A DNA stretch of 64,000 nt from Cirrosporium novae-zelandiae (taxonomy: Eukaryota): positions 62,001 through 126,000 of the forward strand of contig JAPETS010000053.1 of assembly GCA_026023565.1 (NCBI GenBank), given 5' to 3'. Positions 35,130 through 48,729 of this stretch are shown here, piece by piece. Within the stretch, counting starts at the first letter, position 1, and the number at the start of each line of letters is the position of its first letter. A program made the translations under genes and the position numbers. Below the pieces are notes generated by a model. It was not told the origin of the DNA, made no database searches, and saw only the letters and a list, made by a program, of their open reading frames with translations.

Positions 35130-36917
35130 ATGGCCACCAATTTACTTGCTTCGAAACCGTCTATTGACCCTACACTTGCAGCTCTTTTTGCCTCTAGTGT
35201 AAGCTTCTCCGTTTGTGTCACAATTTCAGACCCGAAAGTTAAATTTTTTCTAGTCAGGTCCAGTGAAAGTTCCAAAGAGAGCTACGCAAAGTCACAGGTC
35301 AAAGATTGAAGAGGATGGCTCTATTTCCTCTTTATCCGAAGATGAGGAGCTAGAGGATGAGGACGACGAGGAAGTAGAAGATGAAGAAGCAGAAGATGAC
35401 GAAGATGAGGATGAAGATGGAGATGAAACAGCAGAAAAGTCTTCCAAACCTCAAGGGAAAAAGCGCAAAAATGCAGAACGAGATGATAACTTGGAGGGAG
35501 CTTACATGGATCAACTAGCCCGAGAGGAAGCCAAGGAAGAAGCACAGCTTCGCAAACGTCAGAAAACAAAGCCCAACGCAGAGGCAGGGTCAGCAGACGG
35601 CTCAGACGGCTCCAAGTCCGATGTACCTACAGAATCAGAGGAAAGCGACCAAGACGAAGAATCAGACATTCCAGTCCATGAATCTCTTACGAAGAACGAA
35701 GAAGCCAACGAGCTTGAGAAGGCCTCTAGGACCGTCTTTCTCGGAAACGTTTCTACATCCACCATCACATCGAAATCGGACAAGAAAACGCTTATAAAAC
35801 ATCTTTCCTCCTTTCTCTCCTCGCTACCAGAGCAGCAGAACCAACCCCACAAAGTCGAATCCCTTCGCTTCCGATCCACAGCTTTCTCCAGCGCTGGCGT
35901 CCCCAAAAAAGCCGCCTTTGCTAAAAAGGAACTCATGGACGCAACCACCAAAAGCACAAACGCCTATGCGGTATACTCCACCGCAATCGCCGCTCGAAAA
36001 GCCGCCGAAAAGCTAAACGGAACCGTCGTCCTAAACAGACACCTGCGCGTTGACGGGGTGGCACATCCATCCAAGGTCGACCACCGCAGATGCGTCTTCG
36101 TAGGCAACCTAGGTTTCGTAGACGACGACAGCAAGATCAAAGCTGCGCAAGACGGCCAAAGCGAACAGAAGAAAAAAACCAAAACCAAGGAGGCCGCAGA
36201 TGTCGAAGAGGGCCTCTGGAGACAATTCGGAAAAGCCGGTACGGTGGAAAGCGTGCGCGTTATCCGAGACGCAGCCACTCGGGTGGGGAAGGGCTTCGCA
36301 TATGTCCAATTCACAGTAAGTCATGGCCCCATAAACACAGGCAAACCCCGACCGTTCTTCTCCTCCTAACGTTCTTCCCTACTTCCTAGGACCCCAACGC
36401 AGTCGAAACAGCCCTCCTCTACAACGACCAAAAATACCCACCCCTCCTCCCCCGCAAGCTCCGAGTCACGCGCGCCAAGTCGCTACAAAAAACAGCCACC
36501 TTCCGCATCCCGAAGCCGTCCCCATCCCAGCACCACCACCCCAAAAAGACCCAAATCTACAACCCCAAACCCACACCCGAAGGCCAGACCCTCGCGGGTC
36601 GAGCATCAAAACTTCTCGGTGTAGCTGGTGCTAGACACCTACATGATATATCAACACCATCCAAGTCCGCAACCGGCGCCAACTCGGCGCCGGTTAGAAC
36701 GAGAAACTCCAATGCAAATACAAATACGGATAAGATTACACCGCCCGAGTCATTTGTGTTTGAAGGTCATAGGGCGAGCAGCAAGCAGGGAAAGCCCAAT
36801 ATGAAAATGAAGGGTAAGGCCGGTGGGAGAAGGGTGGGGAAGCCCAAGACTAGGAGCTCCAGACGGGGGGCCGCCTTTAAGGCTGCAGGAGGGGTTAAAA
36901 AGAGACAGAGGATTTAA
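35130..36917 (+). CDS. NOP12: Nucleolar protein 12 (two RRMs), 3 exons
   Basis: IDPTLAALFASS exon 1; RTVFLGNVS, VESLRFRSTAF, HLRVDGVAHP, RCVFVGNLGF, VRVIRDAATRVGKGFAYVQF; basic C-terminus. Confidence 0.93.
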
Positions 36918-37611
36918 GTGAATGGGGTTGTTGTTGAATGAATGAGTAGATGGATGGAGGGGGTGGAGGGCATGGGATAGGATGGGATGAGGTAGCCGGT
37001 GAGAGAAGGGAGGACAGCAGGGGAAAAAAAGCAAATACAAGACATACAGATGGATGGATGGACAGGGGTGGGTTGATTAATCGGATATTATGATCAACAC
37101 GATACACGATGATCCCCGTAGGTATTTTGTTTATCTATCTACCACAGTATCTATCTACCATTCCCTTATCCATTTTCTCTCTCAAAAAAAAAAAAAGATC
37201 CGCACTTAACATTTCCGAATTTCCAAATTTCCGACTTTCGAAAAATAAATACATGTATATTATTATCATATCCATGCCTTCTTTCTCTTTCTCTTTTCTC
37301 TTTTCACAGATATGTCTGTTCCTTTCTTTTTACTATACACCCTTTGTTTGGAAAATATACATACACGTTGAGAGTGGGGGGGAACAAGGATCATACATGA
37401 TATATCGGGGACATGGAAGAAGTTTTCATCTATTTATTTACATTTAATGATGGATGGATTGATGGGATGAACGAAATCCCACTTGCTTGGCTTGGCTTCC
37501 TGATAAACATATAACATGTATGCCAGACTCCATACCCCATACTACACCCCCTTTTCCTCCTCCTCTTTCCTTCCACTTCCCTAAACCCTCACACTCCATC
37601 CTTCCAAAAAT

Positions 37612-38525
37612 CTAAAAAACAGCCACAACCCCCAACATAACGGCCAAAAGCCCACCCTGGAGTTTAAACTGCATTGCAGCACCACTATCCGGTACGCTAG
37701 TCGTGGGGGTTGAATCGGACGATGAGGAGCTGCTCGTGGAGCTACTGGAGCCAGAACTAGATCTTGTCGCGCTGGCTGTACTCTTACTTCCGCTCGCCGA
37801 GGATGCAGATCCAGATGCGGATGCAGAGGCAGAGACAGAGGCGCTACTCGTCATGGTGGTCATAGATCCCGTCGACGTCATGCTCACACTATCGGTACTC
37901 CCGGTGCTCGCACTCCCCGTGGTGGCAGAACCCGACGCAGATGCGCTAGACGCAGAAGAGGTGTTTACGGTATTATCGCTATCGATGACGAATTGGGGCG
38001 TGTAGTTTGTTTCGGAGGTGTCGGAGTCCGAGATTATTTCTATGGCGTAGTCGCTTCCGCGCACGATCGAGGTGGGCACGGTCCAGGTGTAGGAACCGGA
38101 GTTGGGGATTGAGGCTGTGGAGGAGGGGAGGTTAGCTGCAGTTTTTGGGCGGGGGGGCTGTGTGCATGCATAGGAGAGAGGGAGGAAGGACATGCGCCTT
38201 GCACGCAGGTCCTAATGCCCAATAGACGAGATATGGTATATACATCCATCCCCTTCCCATTCCCAACCCAATCCAACAAACAACCAAAAAGGCACTACTC
38301 ACAAGCAATAGTAGTCCCAGAATTCAAGTTGTTACTGGCCCCACTCCTCAACTGCAACGTCACAGTTCCGCTGGTAGTTGGAGTCCAGTTGATGGTGGTG
38401 GAGCTACCCGCAGTGAAGGAGTAGCCGGAGGTGGGAACCTTGAAGGGATTTACTGTCGACGAAGAGGCTGCGACAGCCGTCGCAAGAGCAGACACGCACA
38501 CAGAAGCGAGAGTGAAGAAACGCAT
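37612..38525 (-). CDS. Ser/Thr-rich GPI-anchored cell-wall protein with Kre9/Knh1-like N-terminal Ig-like domain
   Basis: Signal peptide MRFFTLASVCVSALATAVAA; TTINWTPTTSGTVTLQL and IPNSGSYTW...YAIEI...NYTPQF; S/T-rich stalk; hydrophobic C-terminal GPI signal. One intron. Confidence 0.88.
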
Positions 38526-39216
38526 TTTGAGTTATTGATTATGGGACTTGATTGTGTCTTTTCAGCTTGTTGGACTCAGTGTGTCAGAAAGTGTCAGGGA
38601 GAGTGAGCGTGTGTGTGCCTATGGTGAAGCCAATTATGAAGTGACTGATATATATATGGTCCAGGGTCAAGACCAAACAGAGGAACAAGGACAAGGACAA
38701 AGAACGAAGTCCAAGTTTATAATTAGTATAGTACCTAGGTATGGAGAGATTGGATTCCGAAGGGCTGAAAAAAAGAGTGACAGCTGATGGATAGGTGTAG
38801 GTAGGTTGGGTGGAGGATGTTCCAAAGCTACGATATAAAAGACAACAACTGGAGAGACAGACAGACAGACACAGACCAGACAGGTTATTTCTAGTTTTAT
38901 TTAGTTACTTAGGTCGACAAGACACACACACCCCTCTGGGGAATTGAACTATGGGAACTTTATGGACGATGAAACTAAATCTAGCCCGTCTCGAGCTCTT
39001 CCTCTTAAATCCAGCCAGTCAGTCAGTCAGTCCATCGATTCCCATCTATCCTTCCACCCCCCCTTGCCTTTTATTTCCCTTCTTCTCCGCAAAAGTAAAA
39101 AGCCATGAATAGCTCCTGTCCACACCACACACCACACACCACACAAAGATACTTTTCTCATCTCCTCTCATCTCTCGGCATTAATCATTAAATGCCAGGG
39201 GCAATAGCACCAGTGG

Positions 39217-39257
<41 letters not shown>
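39217..39257. repeat. (CAT)13 microsatellite
   Basis: Direct reading. Confidence 0.9.
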
Positions 39258-40235
39258 AGCGCCGCCATCAAAAAAAAAGAAAAAGGAAAGAAAAAAAAGG
39301 GCCTAGTTAAGGTACAGTAGTACTCGAAGTTAATTAGTCCGATTAGTTTAAACAACCACATTAACGTTTTTTTTAAATTAACCATCGTATTCAAGCTTGA
39401 AAATCTCTCTCTTTTTTTTTTGGTTACTAATGTTAAAATCTGGAAGGGGGGGGGCGTTTGAAACGAATCGAATCGGGATGGAGAGAGGATCGGGGGATAA
39501 GGGATGAGGGATGGGGCTTGGTTGGGTTTGGTTGGACGGGCCAAGAAGGGGGACGGACTACTATGGTTACCTCGGTACTTAGTGAGACCATTTGACCCAT
39601 TCCATTCGTTGCTATGGTTGGATCAATCACGTGGTTATGGTATGTATGTATCCAATATCCAATCCAATCCCATTCTCTTCCTTCCCTTCCCCTTCTTCTT
39701 CTTTTGCCTAAAGTAACTCAAGTTCAAGTGGCATGATCCCGATTTGAAGATCCCAATTTTGAATATTGAACTTTATATTTTTATTTTTAATAATAACTCC
39801 AGAATTTCTTTTCCTTTGACAGGATAATTATCCTCAAAGGAAGCTGTTGTGGGATGGATTGCGCCGAATCAACAAATATTAACTTGGTACAAGTATAGAC
39901 AAGTCTGGTAATTAAGTAGTAATTTATTGGTGGATTGGTGGTGGTAATTAATGGTGGTGACAGTCTCCGGAACCGGAATGGAATGGAAGAGGAGAAGAGC
40001 CGTTCAATAATTTACATTTTTTTTTTATCCGAGCTATTTAACTAATATGTCATTGGACCGTGTAGTGCACTAATTATGCTACTCTGTTAGGTCCATGGCG
40101 TAGATGGACCAAGGACCGAGGGAGGAGAGAATACGAACGAACGTAAATTACATTCATACACACTGTCATGTTATGCTGTATAATTAATGGATATTTTGCA
40201 TTGTGTTGTAATTATTGCATTGACATAAATTGCAT

Positions 40236-40236
<1 letters not shown>

Positions 40237-40275
<39 letters not shown>
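40237..40275 (-). repeat. (TGA)13 microsatellite beginning at the SET-MYND stop codon
   Basis: tca repeated 13 times on the + strand, in frame with the stop at 40273-40275. Confidence 0.9.
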
Positions 40276-42346
40276 CTGAAACCCCCGCTTCGCCTTAATC
40301 TCCCTCAACTTCTTCCACTCTCTTTCCACATCCGTATATGTAGGAAGCGACCCTGCCCCCCCATCATCATTATCATCACTCCGACTCATATCCACTCTAA
40401 CCTCCTCCACCTTCCTCTTCACCATTTCTGCAAACTCGCTTTCCGCACCATGGCTTCTATCCACATTACTCGCAACCTCGTTGAGTAAACCCCAGATGAT
40501 AACTCCCCAGTGGAGCTCGTACTCTTTCAGCGCTCCCTTGTTGTCGAGATTCGATACCTGCAATGCCAGCATTGTGAATCGCCAGTTGTGTACTACCCGC
40601 ACCGGATGGTGGGGGATGGGGAAGTGGATAGGGTCGATGTCAAAGTAGATTTGTATGCAGTTTATGAATGCCAGAATCCACTGGCCAGCCTCTATTAATC
40701 CGACGGCGAGGTCTTGGAGTAGCAGGGCGTACGGTTGCCGTGAGACTGGCCAGCAGCCTGTCTTTTGTAGGTTTCGCGTGCCGAGGAGTAGGGTTTCTAC
40801 CTTTTCGGTGGGAGATGAGGATTCATGCGAGGCTTTCCACAGGGCCGCTCGGGCATTGGTATCTTCCTTGAGAAGGTCTTTCTTTTTCTCCTCTGTGGTC
40901 GGTTCCGGGGTAAATGCATCCCTGTCTCCCTTGTCTTTCAGGATGCATTCCTTGCACTTGCATGTAAAGAAATACTTGGATGTTAGCTCGTGTTGGCGCC
41001 TCTTGAAGGGTTCTGTGCAGTCGATATAGGAAATGGTGATTTGTTCGTCTTTTTTAATGGGGGCAATGGATCGGATGGAGAGGCGAGGGCCGGAGAAGGA
41101 GATGACGGCGTTTGGGCGACAGGAGTGGTTGATGAGAGAGACGAGAGGATCCAGGCAGAGGCCGATAGGATCGTAGGTTGGTGTCACAAGAGTGAGGGTG
41201 TTTACGAGGGTCTGAACCAGGTTCAAGATATCTCAGCGGTGAATCTTCTGAGGCTTGTTGAAGCATAACGCATTAGAAGCGAAGATTACCATACCTTTCC
41301 AACAATCTCCATAACCATCTCCTCTGACAACTTCGTCCCTGAATACGTCTTCGCCGCCTGCGCAATCAGACAGAGTCTTTCCCAGGGATGGGTGTCCCCC
41401 TCAGGCTCGGCATTACGGAACCCTTCCAGATGACCCAATAGCTTCATGAGTGCATTGTACAACTCGTCCGAGAGACTACCTTTCTCATGACAGAGAATGG
41501 CTTGCACGACTAGGCGCGGCGAGTTTGGGAGGATCTTGGGTTGGAGGTGCTTGAAGATCTTGCATTCGTGCTTGTGCACCGTTTTCCAGGCCTCGGTTTG
41601 ACATGCCTGAATTGGGGGATTCTAGTGGTCAGCATGTTTTTGGTTTGTAGTAACATTTCTGTAAAATATAGTCGTCGTATATTAAAGAGAAGAAGGTTCG
41701 AATTGAAAGGTGTGATGCTAGAGATGGAATGCAGAAATCGTCTCGCCTCTCCATAAGGTACAACTCGTTTAAGAAATAAAATCTCCCATCAGACACCAGG
41801 AAGTATTGCTGTCGTCATATTTCAACCAGTAAGCTTGCCAGCATATTTTATATTGGTGGTCAATAAAGGAAATGGAAGAAATATACCAGACCCAAGCTCA
41901 TCACCAGAAGCTCGCCCCATTTCAAACAAGTGCCCTGATAAAATTACAGCAATAGACTCGAAAATACCCCATATCTATTCACAGACAAAAGTTCCAATCC
42001 AATTCAACTCAAGACCACCAAACCACAAAAAACATTTTATAAAAAAAACACAAAAAATTCATCTCACCTTCCCACAATACCGCACAACCCTACACCCAGT
42101 ACAAGCTCTCAACACCACCTCCTCCTTTCCATCCCCTCGACTCCCAATAGCCGACCGTGGCACCCACGTAAAGCAATTCGAGCACGCCTCCTCCAATCGA
42201 GGCGTGTCGAGCACCGCAAACAGCGGTCGCGAAATGGAGATTATCGAGTCTCCAGATGAGAGATCCTTGGATGCGAAGAGACCCTGGCCTGCATCTTTTG
42301 TGGTGGCTTTGTAGACATTATGTTGGACTTGGCGGGTTGAGGACAT
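40273..42346 (-). CDS. SET and MYND domain lysine methyltransferase (SMYD-like)
   Basis: GQGLFASKDL; MYND CSNC...CTGCRVVRYCGK|ACQTEAW...HKHEC; SLINHSCRPNA, EQITISYID, post-SET YFFTCKCKEC. Confidence 0.92.
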
Positions 42347-42809
42347 GTTGGTGGGGAATGGTGAGTTTTTCTTCTTTCTTTCTTTTTTTTTGGATAAAGA
42401 GTTGGGCCCTATGATCAAGGCGAGGTTGGGTGAGGGCCGATGACGATTCTGAGATGCACCTGAGATGGCCACAACCACTGCCGACTGGTACAGGTTGAAC
42501 CCTTGAAAATATTTTCTTGTTCAATAATTTTTATAATTAGTCTAATAGTGATGATGATACCTGATATTATTAATTCATAGTTCAGGATCGACTGGATTTC
42601 AAAATGGACACCTTATATACTAGGCCCAAATATTAATGGCCTGGGACTACAAAAGTTGGCCGTTGAAGTTGTTCTCATTGGAAAGACGCAGCTTCATTTA
42701 TTTATGCCAACGTCATATTTTTAATAACTCCATCCCAACGGATTATACATGCACAAAGGTCAACCAAATACGAAGTAGTTTTTTTGTCCGTCATACCTAT
42801 CCAGTAATA

Positions 42810-44723
42810 TTATTTCTCCCTTTCCCCTTTTGGTGACCATCGCTCGCTCTTCGCACCACCCAATGTAGATGCCTGACTAGCCCTCAAGTTCACTGTCGCA
42901 CTAGCAGACTCATCACCATCCTGTCCCGGATTGGCAACCTCGTACTCCAAAACCTTGATGAGTTTGTAAAAGATGACAGCAAAGATGGAGCCGAGGGCGG
43001 GAGCAACCCCTATATTCGTCAGGGCCGTATGTAAGAGAGAAGAATCAACAAGATACTTACAATATATCCAGTGTTCCGGGTCAAACTGGCCGGTTGCAAC
43101 ACTTGGGCCAAAAGACCTAGCCGGGTTCAAACTTCCTCCCGTATAGTAGACGCCTACCAATTCCGATATGAAAAGCGCTAGTCCAATGCCAATCGGTGCA
43201 ATAAATGTGGCTTTGTGCTTCTCCTTTGCAAGCATGAGAATGGTAAAGACTAGTTCTGCAGTCAAGAATACTTCAATCCATAGTCCTTGGGCGACAGAAA
43301 CTCCCTCGGAAAGGGTCGTCCGGACATTCAAGGCGGTAGGAAACATGGCTTTGACGAGATAGCTAGCAACAATGGAGCCCACCAATTGAGCACCCACTAG
43401 GCAGGCAGCGCGTGCCTTTGGAATGGCATTCGTGAGCAACATAGCAAGAGTGACCTTGACGCTTGGGATTAACATTGATCTACCTACCCACAGCTGTAGG
43501 GGTTATAATTGACTTACTGCCGGGTTAAAGAGGCCTCCAGAGATACGGAAGAAGATCCAAACATTGACAAGCAGACTCATACCAAATGCGAATGAAATGT
43601 ATAAGAGGCTACTTGCACTAAAACCAGTACTTGAACCGGATGTGGAGTTCCCTCCTCCATTACCTGATGGAATGTTGGCAACCTGAGTTCCTGCAAAGGC
43701 AAAGTAGAGAAACATGGTTGTGCCAATGAATTCTCCAATTGTTGCAACAAAATCTGCGAGGATGGTAAGAACCAAAGTGTGAATACTTTGAAAGGAGAAT
43801 GGCTCACGATTCTTGGTGTTGCTACTCATCCACATTGCCCAGGGTAGCCGTAATGGATGATAGTCAGTCCCAAATACCGAAGACTCCCGAAATCTCCGCC
43901 TATCGAAATAATACGCATCTGGGACATCCCTATCGAAACAAACCCTTCTATAGGGACCAGAGGTTTTCAGTCTGTTCTCCCACCAATCGGGATGTCCTCG
44001 GTATGGTCCGGGGGCAGAGCGATGTGGACTGTAGTAACGATCCCAATCATCATAGGGATCACGAAGGTCATCCGTGTCTCGATCTGCCCGGAACAAAAAG
44101 TCCTCGCGATTCCTCTGAGTTGAGCTTCTAAGAAATTGGGGCTGAGGGTTGTCGCCAGTGTATCGAGTACGCCATGGACGTAAATCTTTATCCGTGGATC
44201 GATGACTTAATTGAGGCTCTCCTGAATTTGGAACCGGAGTTGGGGTCGCGTTCCAGTGATTTGCCCCTGGGCCTGGCATCTGCGAAGGTGTGCCCTGAGC
44301 CGGGTTTGGGGTTGTCGCTGGACCAGCCAAGGATTCACCAATCTGGCGAGAAGTTTCTGTTGACTGTCGACTCATTTTTCCAGATCTAGGCATTTCGATG
44401 TGGGTCTGAATCGGGCGTTGTTCAGGTGATGCTTCTGGCAAAGGATTCATGTGTGAAGGGTTGAAAACGTTATCGTGGTATGTCCAGCGGCGATCAACAC
44501 ATGTTGATGCTTGGGAGCCTGGGGTTACCACTTGGGGGGTTAAGCCACCAGGGACATGCTCCATGTCCTCATTTGAGGACCGTTGGATCGTGCTTGATGG
44601 CCTGGAGGAACGTTGATACGTACTTGAAGGTCGCTGGACGGTACTAGACGGCCGTGGAGTACCGCCGGTCTTGGTGGTCTCACTGTAGAAGGAGGGTAAT
44701 TCAGGGGGGTTCTCTCCAGACAT
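42810..44723 (-). CDS. Aquaporin (MIP family) with ~300-aa N-terminal extension
   Basis: GEFIGTTMFLYFAF, ISGGLFNPAV, GGSLNPARSFGP and HWIYW; 3 predicted introns. Confidence 0.92.
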
Positions 44724-46695
44724 GGTTTCCTGAGATGCGATCAGACACTGACTTTCAATTCTTAAAGTGAGGTGAGAGAGGGCTTATCGAGATGGTATGT
44801 TTAGAAGCTGTATCACTGCAGAGCTATCAATCAATTGGAGGATTCAGAATCTAACGATGAGGAACTTGGAAAACGGAAGACAAGTGAAGAAGATGTAGAT
44901 GATGAATTTCCAAAGGGAACCCCCGAGGTTCAAATAGCTAGACGTGAGTAATACACTCATCAATCCCAAGACATAAACATCTCCAGATCCCTGGATCTAA
45001 GGATCACACCCCACACTCCCAAGATCCACATCGCAAAAATCTCGGAAAAAACTAGATACATGAAAATCATTATCAAATAAACATAATTGCCATAGAAACA
45101 AGTGTCATCTCCCGAGGCAACAACGACATTTACAGGCAAAGGGCCGAAGAAGTAAATAATAACCTAAGAAAGGAAGATCCATGAATAGCGGGGATGGGGA
45201 TGATGCAAATATTTTTCCAGTTGCCCTGGATATTGTCTCGGAAGTAGTATTTGCAGTGGGAATCTCGGAGAAAGAAGATCTGCATAAGATATTTTTTTCT
45301 TCAATCGATCCTGTGTGGGATTATAAGGTTAAGAAGTGGTGCTCGAGTAGATTTCTTTTACTTTGTATCCTTGTAGATGATGAATACCAAAGGCCTTCAG
45401 CGATAGGGAAATATAGGGAAGATAATAAAAATGTAATGGGAGTTTCCTTGCTGCAGGAAATACCGAACAGAGGTAGGTTCCCCTTGCATATAAAAGAGAA
45501 AATAGCCCGATTGGCTTGAGGTGTGTGTGTGTGTGGCACGCTACGCTTGGCAATGTCAAAGAAAAAGAAGAAGTTTGGAAGAAAGAAAAGGCATGATCCA
45601 TGGAATGGATGGAAGCGGTTTATTATTCGGATTACGGAATTTTGATGAGGGGAGGATGATATCATTGATTGATTGATTGATTTCATATTGAAGCCTGACA
45701 CTAGACTAAAGAAAAAATATAATTAATAGAGCCCAAAACTGCTTGCCCGATGAGAAATCTAATTAATTAATTAGAAAAGTACTGGACATTCTAATGTTAG
45801 GGTACTATGGTGTCACGTGCGAAAAGATGCTAAGAATATAAAATGAGGGTACTTGGTTAGGGCTAAGTACTATCTAAAGCTTTTACCAACTAATTCACAG
45901 CATCTTCACGTCTATTCTTAGGAATACCTTGCTTTTGATCAAGGTTTTTTTTTTCTTTTCCCAATTACATTACTACAACGAAGCGAACGAGGTTCTTGGA
46001 TAAAAAAAAAAATCAAAGGACTTTAATTATCGACGACAATGTGAACATGGCTAGATTGTGTTGGATACATGACCTGACCATCTCCTAGAATTTCTCATGA
46101 ATCGAATCTGGGAAGGACAAACCTTGACGCTTGTCTGCCGTCATATTTATGTCCTACACACCAAAAGAAAGAGACTTGCTCTCCAGAAGGATACTTCAAT
46201 TCATAGAAAATCAATCTTAGTACTCAGTCAAGCTAGAAAAACTGTCCAGTCCCCATCCAAAGAGTATATAGCAATATCCTAAAGCAATGATCATGAAAAA
46301 AGGGAGAGGAGAGATCAGACAAGCGTATAGAAAAGAAAACAAAAAGCTCGTACACTAATCCCGGTACACATTGCATCATACCCTAAATTGATAACCATCA
46401 AGGAAAGGAATTCAGACTGTGTTGCTCAAATATGCGCTGTATTCGTCGACAATAGGCTTGATGTTGAGTAGCGATTGTGAAGAGTTATCCATAAGAAAGA
46501 GGCTAGATGGATATCGTATTGGTAAGATAGGTGTGCGCAGGTAGCACGCACAAAACGTTTTGATTGAAGTCACTCAGGCTACAAAGGCTCTGAAATGGGG
46601 AGGTGTCTATAGTGCTACTTGAATTAGGCGTTGGCGGTGTTCTGTCATACGAATATAGACCACGTAAAAACATCAACAAGATGAGGCTCACTTGA

Positions 46696-48130
46696 TTACT
46701 GCGTAGATTTAGACCCCCAACCCAAGGTGTCATTGAATTGAGTTTCAAGAAGCTTCCGATCTGCTGGTGCGACTCTGCCGAGGTTTGACACGGCCCAGTT
46801 ATGCTCAATAGTGTACACTTTCGAAAAATTGACACGGGAGGTAGGGTGGAGACTGAAATCTTTGCTGGGGATTACTCGTATCGGATCCTTGACAATAGAC
46901 TCCCCTTGAAGCAATGGAGGTGCAATGTCTGAGGTATATATGATAGTATGATCTTTTCCATTGACGCCTTGTCTTGTCTTTAGCAAACAGCGGAGCTCTG
47001 ATAGCGCGGGACTTACTAGGCTTGGTGCACCCTCGCTTGCCATAAGTGTGAATGGCGCTGAAGGATAAGATAAGCCTATGGCCAATTGAAAAAGGGAGAA
47101 GGAAAAGTACTAACACGCCGAAACAATGATTGTGATGTTTTACCAATTTTGTAACAACAAAGAAGCGTGTTTTTTGAAAGGGTTGAGACTTTGCAGTTAC
47201 CTGTGACACTCCTGGGGGCTCAGACCACTCTACTGCAAGAACTCTTCCTTTAGTGAAGAATGCACCAGGATTCTTTACCGGGTAGAATCCTTAAAATGTC
47301 AGTAGTAATCGAGGTAGAGAGTATTCGTTCTAGAAAGCTTACTTGTGTCCTGGTAATCTTCCAGTTGGCCGGGAGGCTTGTGGATATTTTCGACTTGAAG
47401 CGTATTGCCGATACTCTCTATATCTAGAATTTCTTCAGTAAGATAGCCTTTCTATATTAGAGTCCCATGAAAATTCCACCATCCAAGGCCATGAAAATTC
47501 CACCATCCAAGGCTAGCGAATAAGTACTTAATACCGTAAATACTAATTTGCAAGAATATGTCGGTTCCGAGTACTCTCTTCGTAGGTCTCGGTCTAATGT
47601 TTATACATGCATAAATAAAACTATAGACGTACTGTTTTGTTCTACAGCATCGTTTCCCACGTAGCCATCGGCAACATTTGTCGGCTCAAAGATAGGAGAG
47701 CTGAAGAAGCACACACTTAGTCATTGATGATCATAGGCAAAACATGCACTTTAATAGGAACATTCCAGTCTTATCCCTATTCTTGGCCCTAAAAGATGGA
47801 TGTTGTACCACATGAGGGTACTCGAAGAACGCAAAGGCCTTGCTGAGACAGAGGGATTGAAAGCAAAATAAACATGTTTTGATATAGTTGCGGGTCTGCA
47901 AAGTTCTTGGATGGGAGGCGGCCACTAACCTGTCGAATTGCTTGAGGGTATTGGAGCCCTCACCCACTTCCTGCCATTCAATCTGGACTTGTCCTTAATT
48001 GATGAGTCAGTTGAAGGAAACAAAAGTTACTTGTTTGCTTAAGTGAAGTTATACCTTGAGAGTCAACCCATTGGCGGTAATGCTGGTTGTATTCCGCAGA
48101 ATACCGCCACCCTGTGCTTTGTGATTCCAT
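46696..48130 (-). CDS. DUF6590-like fungal protein, multi-exon (5' structure uncertain)
   Basis: FFTKGRVLAVEWSEP, RFFVV, IHTYGKRGCTKP, HTIIYT...KDPIRV...SRVNFSKVYTIEHN match my recollection of this family. Predicted first exon MESQSTGWRYSAEYNQHY. Confidence 0.65.
47465..47512. repeat. Perfect 24-bp tandem duplication
   Basis: CCATGAAAATTCCACCATCCAAGG x2. Confidence 0.95.
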
Positions 48131-48729
48131 GTTGTCCTGAACCGAAGTTTGCACGACTAGATGGACGGTTAACGGAGCCCTTTGGACTACTCTTAGGAAA
48201 TATTGAGTATATTCTTCCTCCGCCAGGCAATCTGTAGGGGTCGTTGGCTCTGCCTCAAGGCTCTGGTGTCCATATTTTTGCTGATCCAAACTCCCTTTTT
48301 ATATCTAGCTTTTGTTGCGGCTGAATTAATAATGCCCAACAGTAGGTTACCACAATGCAAGACCCTCGAAGGATTGTGGGGTCTTCACCTAGAGCCGCGC
48401 ATGGGGGTTGGTTCATTTGGGTAATGCTGCAGAGAAGGTCTTCATGATGTAAATTAAACTTGATTGGTTATTGATACAAACTGCATGTTACGGTAATACA
48501 TACGTAAAGTACCGTACGCCAAGTGAATAAGCTTGTTTGTACCTCACTTATCCTGATTTGATCCATGCCCTTGTAATCGATAATACCGCCTCATTCGGCT
48601 ACTAACATAGTAGTATCTAGGTATGATTTATATACGTTCCACGAATAACCATTTTGCATTCTTGTAGAAAGTAAACATATCTAAACCAAGGTCCTGAAGT
48701 GACTAACATCATACAAACAACAACTTAAC

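Noticed and set aside
39821..39834. AGGATAATTATCCT palindrome as a qa-1F site
   Set aside because: Half-sites resemble GGRTAA/TTAYCC but lack the 4-bp spacer, and it is not near a quinate gene.
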